From the human T2T-CHM13v2.0 reference genome, Homo sapiens, in assembly GCF_009914755.1 (NCBI RefSeq), contig NC_060947.1: a stretch of 64,000 nt of DNA. One strand, written 5' to 3'. Both the position numbers and the translations under genes were made by a program. Shown here in pieces: positions 14,501-30,886 of the stretch (position 1 is the first letter of the stretch; each line of letters opens with the position of its first letter). The notes beneath the pieces were generated by a model, which was not told the DNA's origin, made no database searches, and saw only the letters and a list, made by a program, of their open reading frames with translations.

Positions 14501-15126
14501 AATCCTTCAAAAATTGTCATCTCCAAGTAGGGTCATGATACCTGCTGGGTTATATTTGTTCAAAACAATAATAGTATAATAGTCTTTAACCACAGAACAC
14601 AGAAAGTAAAATATGCAAAACAAAAAGTTGTGTACATCTACCGAGGCCAGGGCTGCCTTGGGAGTAAACAGTGGTGCTCCTGACGGATTTGTCGGAAGGG
14701 ATGGTAATTATGAAAGATGGTTGTGACTCAGGAGTAGCAGGCTAACCCTTGACTCAGAAAAAGGAGCTCGGGCATGTGAGCTCACTAAGCATTTCTGAGG
14801 CTTCCATCCTGGTGATACGCTTGATTAGTGTCCAGCCATAGAAAATAAAGTGGAGAGAAAAATGATTGCTTGCAAATGGCAGTGCACTGGGAGCTAACAG
14901 CCAGGGACTAGCACTGTTTTCATTAAGGAAAGAATTTGCTGATCACTTAAAGTTAGGAAAAGTGCTTTTTAAAATGTGGACAGATTTTGATTTTGAAAGA
15001 TGTGATGCTCTATCACCCGCTACATTTTTCAATTTTTCATGCTGATCTGTCTCTATAGTTTTTGCCCTTACAGGTTCTTTTTCATCCTTTTTTATGTATT
15101 TTCAGAAAAGAAAATGGAAAAATAAT

Positions 15127-15411
15127 TTTTTTTTTTTTTGAGATGGAGTCTTGCTCTGTCGCCCAGGCTGGAGTGCAGTGGCGCAATTTTGGCTCACTCC
15201 AACCTCTGCCTAATGCCTACTGGGTTCAAGTGATTCTCCTGCTTCAGCCTCCTGAGTAGCTGGGATTATAGGCACCTGCCACCATGCCAAGCTAATTTTT
15301 GTATTTTTAGAAGAGATGAGGTTTCACCATGTTGGTCAGGCTGGTCTCGAACTCCTGACCTCATCCTCTCAAAGTTTTGGGATTACAGGCGTGAGCCACC
15401 ACTCCCGACTG
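15127..15411 (-). mobile_element. AluS with small internal indels
   Basis: Antisense Alu; TSD ggaaaataatttt. Confidence 0.95.
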
Positions 15412-15940
15412 GGAAAATAATTTCTACTTTTAAAATGACTTGAATATCTCCTTGAGGCTGGCTGTCTAACAGGCATGCATTTCCAGCAGTCCAATCTCAT
15501 TTAAAAAGGCATAGAACACCAAATCTGGAAAGGACAGTTCTTTTATTTTACAGCTTAATTTTTTTCAACAAACATATTTTGAGTGCTTATAGATAAGCAA
15601 ACTAGGGTTCAGAAAGGTTGATGACTTGGCCAAGTTCATATAATCAGTCCCATATTTCTTCTTTTATATTTTATACATATCAACTTTCATGTCACTGTTT
15701 ACAAGTATTTTTAAATTTCTATTCCATCTTTTTTGTTTGTGCTATTAATTTACTCATCAATATTATTGTTATTTTGTATGTGTATGGATTAATCTCACGT
15801 TTAACAAAAGCTCACTATATTCTCTCACATCTCATATCTTCTGCTGTGATTATTTTCTTTTTACCTTAAGTTCATACTTTAGTAGTCACTGTAATGAAGC
15901 TACATATATGAACGTGCAGTGTATACACAGACACATACAT

Positions 15941-15990
15941 GTATATGTATACATATAACAGCTCTGTATATGTATACATATAACAGCTCT
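15941..15990. repeat. Perfect 25-bp tandem duplication
   Basis: gtatatgtatacatataacagctct x2. Confidence 0.9.
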
Positions 15991-16217
15991 ATGATTCCTT
16001 CTCCTATTTTGCAAATGAATATTCATACTATTTATTCGTATTAATTCATCCTTTCATTTATTTATTTCATCCAACAGATAGCTTTATGTATGCGCCTACT
16101 CTGGGGTGAATACAGTTTCACTTTCTAGTGAAACAATGGTTAATAAAAATTACCATAGTTGTTTTTCTTATAGAACTTAACCTCTAATGGAGAAGGCAAA
16201 CAGTAAAGAAATTATCA

Positions 16218-16676
<459 letters not shown>

Positions 16677-16718
16677 TTACAATCTAATGGCTAGAACTAA
16701 TCACATGGCCAAGGCACA

Positions 16719-17350
16719 TGTTGCAGAATCTTCTCAGATACAACCTGTCAATGCCAAAGATGGCCAGAAGCGCCACTGCAGGGAGCAAGTTGGGTTTAGT
16801 ATTCATGAAGCAGGAGAGAATGCACACCGTAGGAACCATGAGGCCTCTCAGGAAGAGGGTGTTAAATATTACTTATTACAAGTTTAAGGATTAAGTTAGG
16901 TGATATGGAGAAGGGTTTAAGGAAGTATAACTTTCCTTTGGATTGGGTGTGTTAGAAGGCAGGGGTAATTTTATGGTTGGGTACCTTAGTAAATCTAATC
17001 TAGGAGTGAAGACTAGAATGGGCTAAGGCTGCAATTAGTGAAGAAGCAGTAATCACTTACATTGGTCAGGATCAGTGGATGCTTGATCATTTTTGTGACT
17101 TGCACAATGTTCATAATTTATTTGTATTTAAATGTGACTACGGCATGGTCTTGTTTTTGTCTTCATCCATCATGGTCACATTACAGAGTGGCCTTGTTTG
17201 ATGTTGATGTTCCATGATATTGCTCATGGTCAAAAGGAGAATATCAAGGCCTTTCTGTGAGTGACAAGCCAGCTGCTAGCAACACCCAGGCCAAGCTGAT
17301 AGGACCAGGATAGCTCGCTGATGTCAGGGCTGCTATTCTCTTTCTCTAAC
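16719..17350 (-). mobile_element. MER90-like ERV1 LTR nested in an MLT1 fragment
   Basis: Reverse complement contains aacatcaacatcaaacaaggccactctg...gaccatgatggatgaagacaaaaacaagacc, as recalled for MER90. Confidence 0.6.
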
Positions 17351-17791
17351 TCTGTACTGTAAAGGGCGGGACAAATTTTTGTGAACAGCTATTACCTCTT
17401 ACATAGTAACCAGGAATTTAAAATGATGTACATCTGGCAGGCAGGTTTTGTGAATTTCTTCAGTAATACTCAGCTTATCCTGTAAAATTCTGTTTTGTGT
17501 CTTTCCCTACCACACCTCTTGCTAGATGCTAAAGTCTTCAATGAATGAGGTAGAGTGACAAAGAGTTGGTAAATGATTGCCATAAAGAGGGGGAGGGGCC
17601 GGCATAACTGGAAGACATGAGCCTCCAAGGAACTGGTTCTGTATTTTCCATAAGTGAAGTAGATGGAAATAATTGTCTGGAAGTGATGCTTGAGAAATAT
17701 GGAGTGAAGGGAAGGCAGTGTCCTCACAGAACAGCCAGATTCAAATGAGGTTTTGGTGGTGAAACTATCAATTGACAAGTGGCTTGAGACC

Positions 17792-17955
17792 TTCTACTTA
17801 AAATGTGTCCCACTGATCAGCAGCATTGTCATCACCTGGGAGCTAAGTAGAAGTGCAGAATTTCAGGCTCCATCCCACACCCACAACATCAGAATGTGCA
17901 TTTTAACAAGGAACCCAGGTAATTCAAATGCACATTACTGCTGGTGAAGCACTGG
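17792..17955. mobile_element. MER5A/MER5A1 (hAT-Charlie)
   Basis: cagcagcattgtcatcacctgggagc...atcagaatgtgcattttaacaaggaacccaggtaattc. Confidence 0.8.
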
Positions 17956-18647
17956 TTTAGAATTTAGAGGAACTCGCCAACATAGATTGGGAGTTCCAAA
18001 GGTCATAGTGGAAGGCTTTGGGGATAGGAATAGAGGCAAGAAGATTGAACAGAGTCATACAGCAACAAGAACACATACTTTCTTTACCCCTTCAGGCTGC
18101 CTTTCAACCTCCACACTTGCCTGCAACTCTCAGATATGACAGATCTTTCCCATGTCACTGCATTGAACAAAGTTACTTTAAGCAGTTTGTCCAAAATGAT
18201 TGATTACAAAGGTGTTATTTTTTTCCCTTCTAATTTTCCCTACTTTCTCAATTTCTGACAATGTTCATGCTACTTTTATAATAGGACAAAGTAGTATAAA
18301 ATATATATTAAGGAAATACGGAAGTGAAAAGGGGTTAAAATGTTAGGCCGTGCCATGATTTGCTATTCTTCAAGAACTGGCCTGTCAGCTGTTATCTGTC
18401 AGCTGACCCATTTACAACCTCCCATTAGTTAGAAATCAGTACTATCTCTAGAGATAATAATGAGACCTGTAGTGTCGACTGAAGTTTCAGAATTTTTCTC
18501 CTTGCTGTGACTTTTCCTATGTGATTTGGCTACCTCCCTGATGCAGAACCTATCTGAGGAAACCTCTGTTAATCATGTGGTCAGGGATAGCTCACCGATT
18601 CTGCCAGGGTGTGGGAGGGCTTAGTAAAAGCAATTTCTCTATATGTT

Positions 18648-18943
<296 letters not shown>

Positions 18944-19799
18944 AACAATTTCTATATTTACAGAAGGAGATGGTCACTTCTGTGACCATCCACGAAAAAA
19001 TAACTGTTGGAAAACTTTTGGAAAGCCATCCATGAAACACAATTGTTTAGAGACGCTCATAGAATACTTTTATTCTCAGATGCTTTCAGTTATTGGAGCC
19101 ATGTACCTACTACCAATTGGAGTCTTTTCATACTATTCAGAAAGACATTTCCTTATCCTGTAGCTCAAAATATATTTAGCCATCCTATGACTCAGAGTTA
19201 CAGTTCCCTTCATCAGTTCCACCTATTCCGTCAGAAGCAGCTGAACTTCTTTAAAATTATAGAGTTTTCTATCATCCAGCTTGCAGAACTTAAAGAGAAT
19301 CTTATCTCTTGACCCTTTCTCATACCTAACTTGTTCAAATACAGCACTATGAAGCTCCAAATGGCACAAAGTTTCTAACTTAAGTAGAGGTAAAGTGTGA
19401 CTTTTCTTGTGGAGCGATGATTGTTAATCAGGCCAGATCTTGCCAGATTTCTGTAATGGGGATAAATAAAAATTGGGATAAATCCACCTGTGACGGGAAA
19501 GACAGTATCAGGTAAAATGCTGATATAAGACAGAGCTGGCTAGAGTTGACAAGATTATCTATTTCCAGTTTTTACATCATTCACTGTCAAAGACCCAGCG
19601 TCTTTCATTGGACAAATAATATTTCCCTGAAAATTATTTCTTTTTAATCCATTTATGTAAGAATAATCAATAGTTATACTAACTCTGTTTAATAAGCATT
19701 AATTCTGAAAAGAGTCCTGAACTGTGCTCCTACTTTTGTAATAAAAAATGTTTTTCTTACCAGTGTTTTTTAACATGTGGTCTAAAAATGTGTGTCTTT

Positions 19800-20162
<363 letters not shown>

Positions 20163-20232
20163 TCAATCTACTTAAACAGATTTTCCAGGAAGAGGCCTGG
20201 TTATCTGTATATTTATTAAACACCTTGAGTAA

Positions 20233-20531
20233 TTTTTTTTTTTTTTTGAGACAGGGTCTCACTCTGTCACCCAGGCTGGAGTGCAGTGGTGCAATCACTG
20301 CTCACTGCAGCCTCGACCTCCCCAGGCTCAGATGATCCTCCCACCTCAGCCTCCCAAGTAGCTGGAACAGCAGGTGTGTGATACCATGCCTTGCTAATTT
20401 TTGTATTTTTTTTTGTAGAGATGGGTTTTGTCATGTTTCCCAAGCTGGTCTTGAACTCCTGGGCTCAAGTGATCAGCCTGCCTTCGCCTCCCAAAGTGTG
20501 GCATTATAGGCATGAGCCTCTGTGCCTTGCC
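20233..20531 (-). mobile_element. AluJ
   Basis: gagacagggtctcactctg...cactgcagcctcgacctc...ctcctgggctcaagtgatc are AluJ diagnostics; TSD caccttga(g/c)taatt. Confidence 0.93.
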
Positions 20532-20605
20532 ACCTTGACTAATTCTTAAAGTGCTTGAGAACTTATTAAGCACCTTGAGTAACTCTTATTATCAAGTTAG
20601 TTTAG

Positions 20606-20946
<341 letters not shown>

Positions 20947-22154
20947 TCACTGACTCTGGGAGTGGGGCTTATCAACAGGGAACCACAGAATTTTTACTGA
21001 AGAACTATATCTTTAGCATTGACTGTTTACCTGATCCCAAAAGATAATTTCTGAAGTGCATCAGAAGTTCAGAAATATTTTCAGAAGGGCTCTTCAAGTT
21101 GAAAATGAAATATTTAAAAGCTTAAAATTATATTAAATTATATAAATGCTGGTGAATTTTACAGCCTAATAAACCCACACTTCAGAAATAGGTTGATAAA
21201 CTATTTTAAAACATTGATAATATCTACATGGGAATTACAGAAAAATTAAGTAAAAGAACTAATGCAATATAATAACATAATAATTATGACAACAGATATT
21301 TTTCCAGCCCTTTACATTTTAGAGAAAGATTTACAAAGAATATTTTTACATAAGTCATCTTATTTTATCTTATAGCTACTGTGAAGCCTATATGCGTAGA
21401 TCAGGTTTTATACTTCAAGAAGTTGGGGTTCAAGATGCAAAAGACAAGTAGCAGTCAGGAATAGAATTTGTCCTTTTTGCCTGAAGCTTCTTCTAATCTA
21501 CATATGACCCAGTTCCCTGCTGTTGCTGTAGTTGCTTTCCTGAAGTCCACGGACTCTGCTGCTTGACAGCTGTCCTAGGAGCTGCTAAGCATGGTGTCTT
21601 ACAATCAAACAACCATAACCAGGGCACTTCTAACTTTAAGGATATCCCATGCGTATATATCATAGCATTGCTGAGGCCAAAGAAAAGAGGTTCTGCTACT
21701 CTAGGTCTTCAGATAAGATAGCCTAGAAGAATTTTTCTGCACGTGATTCTACTTCCAAAGAATCCTCACCTTCATTTCTTCAAGCAGGAAATGTTCTGAG
21801 AGGGAGTCTGGCTTCACCACCAAATAATTATTATAAAATTGTTATTTTATGGACTCCTCTCAAATGGTTACTCGGAATTCAACCTTGTGTTGTCTTTTTC
21901 TATGTATTCTCTGCAAGGAATGGTGGAAGTTGGTGGGGCAGAGACACGTAGACAGTGACTTGGACATAACTCAACTGACTTGCTATTTTGTCTACTATTA
22001 ATGCTCTTCAGAAAAAATAGACATTTTGTGCATGGTATTTGAATATGACAAAAAACAGAGTGGTATCACCTTGCCAGATCTTCCGTCTTACATTTCAGAA
22101 ACAGTACCACCTGTCTATATATTTTGGCTACATTTAAAAGATAATAATTGTCTA

Positions 22155-22602
<448 letters not shown>

Positions 22603-22838
22603 ATGTTTGCTTTTTGATTAGATACTACATGTTTCTACCCACAGAAATCCTCAACCAGGTATGTATAGCCTTTCTACTTATGAATAGGTTACAGGCCCTA
22701 AAGGCTTTTCTCAAGGCCATTTGTTTCTAAGTTCAAAGTTACACTATAAAAGTGACTGCTAATAACAATTATTTGTGGTATCTGATATCACTCTTGCCTT
22801 GGAATAACAATAGTTTTATTCTAAGTATTAAAATAGGT

Positions 22839-23150
22839 ACAGTCATCCCTTGGTATTGAGGCAGATTGGTTCCAGGACCCCCTTGGTTACCAAAATACAG
22901 GGATGTTCAACTCCCTGATATAAAATGGTGTAGCATTAGCGTATAATCTATGCACACATTTTTGTACATTTTAAATTATCTCTAGATTATTTGCAATACA
23001 CAATACAATGTGAAGACTATGTAAACAGTCATTATACTTTATGATTTAGATAATAATGACAAGAGAAAAAGTCTGTACAAGTTAAGTATTTCCAATCCTC
23101 GGTTGGTTGAGCCTACGGATGCGGAAGCCATGGATAAGGAGGCCTGATTA
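22839..23150. mobile_element. MER2 (Tigger/TcMar)
   Basis: cagtcatcccttggtattg...gattggttccaggacccc...ccatggataaggaggcctga. Confidence 0.85.
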
Positions 23151-24198
23151 TTTCCTATAAGTAGATGTCGGTGAGGTTTCCTCAGGTATCTGTGGGCAAG
23201 AGAATAATTTAGAGGGAGAAATCCAGGAGTGACTTGTAAGTAATTAAATGTATCATTCTCAGATTGAGTTATTTTTCTCATTTGTGGCTTAACCCTTTTC
23301 CAAAAGGGGACGAAAAGGCAGAAATGTGTTGCAGTCACAGCTTTCCATTCCAGAAACTCCTCTGAGCAATGTTAGAAGTAACACTCACTAGGCAGGTTCA
23401 GGCTTGACAGAAGAGGGAGTGAGAATCGAACAAATAGGGGAAAGATGCAGCTATGTGGAGGCAAAGGCAGGAGTAATTTTTCACCCATGCAATGACAAGT
23501 AGTCAAACATTGGTTTAATTTGAGTTTGCTCTGTGAGGACAAAGCCTGTTTGGCCCTAAGTAAAACCTTTCCACTTTGAAAAACATTTTTTGGGGTTACT
23601 GCTACAGATCAGGAAACAAAAACAACAATTTGAGGTTGAGAGAGAATTATTACATGAGAAAATGTTTAAATTTTTATTTTATGAAGTATATGATTAAATG
23701 TGCTGACGTTATTTGTGAAAGTTGCCTCAGCTCAAGAAAAATATTAGGTACCTTAATAGAATATAAGAAAACATGGCTTAGATTTAGATATTGCAACAAA
23801 TAAAATGAAAGAGCAGGAGTGTTTGCATGAAATGCTGCTAGGGAAATTCCTCTTGCCCAAAGTAATATTACAGAGGACTGAGGAAGCTATGATAATTGTC
23901 AGTGCTGATTATATCAGCATAGAAAAACAGTCTATTTTGATGGTGAATTCTTGCAGTTAATTACTTATACTTCCTTAGTAACTAATATTTTTATTTTAAG
24001 AGTTGATTTTCAACACTTACATTGTGAATATTTGATAGGGGCATGAGTTATGGGTTTAATTACCTTCATGACTTTTGAGAGTTGAATGCATTGGAATAAA
24101 AACTATAATTATTTATCACATGGAGTATACAGAAGCCTTTCTATTTATGAACAGGATCCAAGCTTTGAAAGGCTGTTCTTTAAGGCCTTTTGTTTCTA

Positions 24199-24570
<372 letters not shown>

Positions 24571-25340
24571 CTAATGACATTTTCTGGTGGCATGCAGTTT
24601 TACCCATTTGTTCTGGCTTACGGCTGCTTCACATCTATGCAATTTGGTAATTCAAAACTTTGTTAGTAGTTTCTGTAACATGGCAGGAAGCACTGGATAG
24701 TGTGAGATCCAAATGCTTGTCCTGGTACCACTAGTGACTAGATTTGTAACTTTGAACTGGTCCCTCTATCTCATTGGCTCTCAGTTGATCCTCCGCATTC
24801 TGAGGGATCTGGACTAATTAATCTTGATTCAGGTTCTAGTTGAACTCCTCCTTAGGCTATAGATTAACGCTAAATCACACACATACATGTCACACTGTTT
24901 ATATTGAAATATTTTAATGTAAATTACAGACAACATAAAAACTATGCAGTGGCATGGTTTTTGCTCTCCCTTTTTGTATCCTTTTTTGACAAATAGTTTT
25001 CCAGTTTTTTCTTGTTGTACTGGTCAACCCCCACTCCTCACTCCCACTACCCCACAAATAAAAACAGGTGGATATTCTGCCTAATGGTATTTATAACTCT
25101 AATTACATCACACTCCAAGGATGAGAGAAAAAATAAATAGTAATTGTTTAGAAGGACAGGGTCTACCTGGATGAATTTACTTAGCCATTTGCAGAACTTC
25201 CTATCTCTGGATTAGAGTGTATCAACCGACATAGTATTTTTACAGTAAACAAATAATTCCCTAGGATTAAAATTGCACTAAAAATTATGGATTAAAAATC
25301 ACACTTAAGTTTGTATGCATACACTTTATATCATACTTGG

Positions 25341-25690
25341 TGCTATGGACCGAATGTTTCTGTCCCTCCAAAATTCATATATTGAAATCCTAATTCCAAA
25401 TGTGGTGGTATTTGGAATGAAATCTTTGGGAGGCAATAAGATTGTGAGGATGGAGCTCTGATCATGGGATTAGTGTTCTTATAAGAGAAAGCTTGCCTCC
25501 TCTCTCTGCTTTTTGTCATGGAAGGATGCAATTAGAAGACAGCCAGCCATCTTTGAACCAGGAAATGGGCCCTCTGCAGACACCGGATCTGCTGGCACCT
25601 TGATTTAGACCTCCCAGCCTCCAGAACTGTGAGAAATAAATGTTGGTTGTTTTACCCAGTCTATGGCATTCTGTTATATTAACCTAAACG
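25341..25690 (+). mobile_element. MLT1A MaLR LTR
   Basis: tgctatggaccgaatgtttctgtccctccaaaattcatatattgaaatcc...ccagaactgtgagaaataaatg. Confidence 0.88.
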
Positions 25691-25839
25691 CTATGAATCT
25701 TGGTATCTTCACATTAAAACAGTGATTGTATCACAGAAGGTAGCATTATTTTGATTACACACAACTTTTTAATGGAAAGAATAGTTACTTTATTGGAATA
25801 AATTAAGTACTGCAGCTGACATCCACATGAGTAAACATA

Positions 25840-26200
25840 ATAGATTGCGTTCCCTGAAAACAAACTCTGAGATGGAGAGTTAGGAGCAGGTTTATTGTTA
25901 AGTCCTCTTGGGACATCTACCTGCATGGAGGTGAGGAAGGCAGGATTGAGTAGAGGGAGAAGCTGGCCTCAGTTGAATAGGGGGAGAAGCTGATCTCAGG
26001 CAACCTTATAGAGAGTTCTGAAGCAGAGACAGACTTCAGAGTTGTTCCAAATTGAGGTAAGGGGGCTAAAGCTTTGCATGTAGTCTTCAGCCAGCCATTA
26101 GCCATGAGACAATCCTTGGGAGGAGGCATGAGGTTAGGTTGAGACAATGGCGTTCAGTCAAAAAGGATGACTAGTGAGGGACTTGGCTGTCAGCTATTAG
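25840..26200 (-). mobile_element. LTR16-like ERVL LTR
   Basis: caaactctgagatggagagttaggagcaggtttatt...gaaggcaggattgagtagagggagaagctg. Confidence 0.6.
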
Positions 26201-26241
26201 CATTTGATGAATCCATCGGTCTTTCTTTTCCCCTCTAATAG

Positions 26242-26601
<360 letters not shown>

Positions 26602-26842
26602 TACCCTGCTCTTTATAGTGTCCCTTATAGTAAGTTTGCCCCATCTACGAAAGTTTGTCCAGAAATCTGTCTTATTTCCTGGAGAACATTCTCAACATCA
26701 AGAAATGTTGGAATGGTTTCTCATCCACACAACTGACATTTTGGGCAAAACAGTTCTTTGTTGTTTTCCAGAGCATTTAAAAATGCTTAGTGGCATTCCA
26801 GTGTCTACTCATTAGATACAAGCAACACCCCAACCCCATTAT

Positions 26843-27275
26843 TGAGACAGCCAAATGCCTAGGTAGATAAAAAGGGGTCCCCGAAGAATTCTGACCTGCC
26901 TCACAAGTGTTTACATCCATGCTTTTGTGCAGACGAGGGAACCTACCCGGGACTTGTCTGGGCATGCCCATAGTGGACTGCAGCCCAACATGGGCATTGG
27001 GGGAAGTGGGTAGAGTCACAGGGTATTTGTACCTTATGCAGGGGAGGACCCTGCTCTCTTCAGCTCCTGTGGTGACCTGGGATTCAATCTGTGAGGTGGA
27101 GGGCCTGTTAGGAGAACATCATCTCACTTTGTTGAGATGGTGTTTTCTTTGTTTCCTTTTTGCCCGATAAAATCCTGCTCTACTCAGCCTTCAATGTATC
27201 CGCATGCCTAATTTTTCCGGGTTGTGTAATAAGAACCCAGGTTTTAGCTGAACCAAGGAGCAAAGTACTACAACA
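26843..27275 (+). mobile_element. MER61 (C/E-like) ERV1 solo LTR
   Basis: TGAGACAGCC...gctgaaccaaggagcaaagtactacaaCA; 4-bp TSD ttat. Confidence 0.88.
26950..26969. promoter_or_regulatory. Perfect p53 response element
   Basis: GGACTTGTCT GGGCATGCCC = 2x RRRCWWGYYY with no spacer. Confidence 0.8.
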
Positions 27276-27369
27276 TTATGACAATAAAAATGACTTCAGA
27301 GATTGCCAAATATTTCTTGGGGAGAAACATTTCTTGATGTCGAGAACCAGTTAGGATCACTGAACTTCA

Positions 27370-29615
27370 AAGATGATTGACTCTCTAGGTAAGTCTGTTA
27401 TGCCAAGGCCAAGGACCTAGTCAGGAAAACCTGGCAGTCCAACACATGAGATGGAGAAGCATGATTGTATGTCCTAAATATTTTTGATTCCTGGACTCCA
27501 TTGAGCTCTCACAGACTGCAGAATGGACCCCAATTCTCTATTAAGAGCTAGCACTACCTCTGTGCCAGAAGACACTGCAGAGCCCTTGTCATTTCCTGGT
27601 TATCAGGCTGGTAACTAGGGTTATGTTACAATTTAATCCAACTGGACATGCAATGAGCATGATAACAGAGGTATGACACTATACCTCAAAGAAACTACAA
27701 GAAGTAGCCAGAATGTACAAACAGGAGCTGAGTGAATACCTGTGTGACTAGATGTTGAAGATGCTTGACTAAGGAGATTGGATCATAAAACTAGACAAGG
27801 AAGAGTTATTGACTTGGGAGCACTCTTCCAGAACACTGAATTTAATATCCATCTTAGTCCTTTCCAGCTGCTATGACAAAATATCAGAAACTGAGTGGCT
27901 GATAAACAACAGAAACTATTGCTCACAAGTTCTGGAGGGTGGGAAGTCCAAGATCAAGGCAAATTTGGCATCTGGTAAGGGCCTGTTTCCTGATTCATAG
28001 GTGATACCTTCTAGCTGTGTCCCCACATGGTGAAAAACAGGAGGGCCTATCTCTGAGACCTTTTTCATAAGGACACTAATCCCATTAACAAGGGCTCCAC
28101 TCTCATGATCTAACCAACTCCCAAAGGCCCCACCCATTGGTGGTTAGGTTTTCAACATATGAATTTTGGGGAGCTCTGAAATTCAGTCCATGGTAACACC
28201 CTAGCAAGAACTTCAGGGAATGGTATAAACTCACTGCTTGGGAGCCCCCTAGAAACACAGATAAAGCAATGGCCCATTCTGAACAGTTTTACAATGGTAG
28301 ATAGACAGCGAACAGAAAGATTAAATGGCTTAGGAGGGTGGAAATGCAGGACTGGATAGATGAGACCAGACCTACCAGAAGATTATAGTTCATGACAAAG
28401 CTATCAGGAATATGCTGGTGAGACAGGTAATGGTATCATTCAAAAGTTCAGTGGTGGTTTTCCTCTGTAGGCTATCACTGATGGTAGGAGAGGTTGTCAT
28501 GGAGCCTGTTGATAGTAATGAGGAAGATGGGGTCATGATTCAATAGTGGCCAAATGGGAGGCTTAATAACCAGAAGCCGGGGAGTCATAATTACTGTAAT
28601 AAACAGCCATGTCCTAGTGGCAGCCACGAGGGCTTGACCTCCGATGACTATGAAGAACACTAATAGAATATAGTGTCCCTAGGCATCACTAGAAACAATG
28701 AATGTACTACTTTATATATATATATATAATCAAAGAAAGGAAAGATTAATTAGTAGGAGGCTGAGAACATTACCTCAATAAAAACTCATGCTACCTTGTC
28801 CAGTTGTTGAATTTGAGCCAGATTTCAGACATAAAATCTACTGGCTGAAGAGTTGGCTAGATATCTGGAAAGAAGAAACCTGTAACACTATGGCAAGCAT
28901 ATACTGTGATGTTGCCTCTGATTCTTCCCTAAAAGGACCTCTGGCCATTTACTCTGGTAACTGTACACTAGGAAAAAAAGGAATAATGAGACACTTACAG
29001 GACTCATGGGCACAAGTTCTGATTTAATATTGATACCCAGAGACCCATATCATCATCATATCCCCTTTATTAGAAAGGGGGGCACAGGGGGCCAGGTGAT
29101 AAACAGGCACCTGGTCAAAATCTGGCTCATAGTGGGTCCAACAGGCCCATAGACTCACTTGATGATTACTTCTTCAGTCCCCAAAGATATAATTAGTACT
29201 GACATACTTCACAATTGGAGTATCTCCCATGCTGAGTTACTGGCCTATGGGGTAAAAGATTTCATAGTGGTCAAGATCAAATGTAGACTTTTGAGTCTTC
29301 CTTCTTCCCATCCAGCGTAGTAAATGAAAAACATTACAACCCAGGGGGAGGATACGGCAGATTCGTGCTAATCTTAAAGATCTAAAGGATACAGAATGGT
29401 TGGAGGCTATTATATTTCCATTTAATTGGGCGATCAGGATCCTGCAGAAACAAGATAAATCCTGAACAATGACTGAAGACTACTGCAAGCTCAACCAAGT
29501 AGCAGCCACAATTAATGCTGCTGTGTCAGCTGCGGTATCACTGATATTTCACAGGGGAAAAAAGGCCAGACTGATGTTAAATTGCTCTAGCATAGATGTA
29601 TCATATGGTACACCA
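27370..29615 (+). mobile_element. Decayed ERVL (class III) internal region: gag, protease, 5' RT
   Basis: Frames give ELQEVARMYKQELSEYLCD (gag), GLMGTSSDLILIPRDP (protease) and TMTEDYCKLNQVAATINAAV (RT); many stops and frameshifts. Confidence 0.85.
27850..28197 (-). mobile_element. MLT1A-like LTR inserted in ERVL gag
   Basis: cttagtcctttccagctgctatgacaaaata...gaagtccaagatcaaggc...ttcagtccatggtaaca. Confidence 0.8.
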
Positions 29616-30081
29616 ATATGATGTTTCTGAGGAAACAAATATTCAACCCATAGCACAAGGCTATAAAGGATTGTTCTCCAACTTTTCTGCACACAAGAAT
29701 AGGCAGAGTGCTTCATATAAATGCAGATTTCTCGGTCCAAAAGTTTTGGAGCTTGTGGGAGGTGAAGCGTAAGATTGTGCATTTTAACGAGAAGCCCAGG
29801 TTATTCCAATACAGGTGTCTTCAGGCCACACATTGGAACACTGACCTAAAAGCAAGCTCTGAGACTTCACTTAGGGGATATCACTTGACCCCATTGCTAA
29901 TTACCTCATCTTCTGAGTAAGGCTCATAATTCCTACCCTACCTACCTCAGAGAATTGTTGCCAATATTCTTAGGCAACTACTTGGGCTACTACATGGTTA
30001 AGTTTCTGGTAGCCCATTATTTATTATGATCCATTCAGTTTTTATAGGCACCTGGCTGATGAATTTAAATGGGGGTATGCA

Positions 30082-30762
<681 letters not shown>

Positions 30763-30886
30763 CTGAAATATTGTTTTTAATTTACTATTTTGGAGAATAG
30801 GCTCCAGTGGTTGTGGGCAATTAGCAGTGAATGATGCAGCTGTCAATTATCTGCAGGTGATATTTCCAGTAGTTGTGGGATGGGTA

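Larger units (their letters stand above)
26713..27351. mobile_element. MER20 (hAT) split by MER61
   Basis: ctgacattttgggcaaaacagttctttgttg... resumes gacaataaaaatgacttcagagattgccaaat...gagaaccag. Confidence 0.75.
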
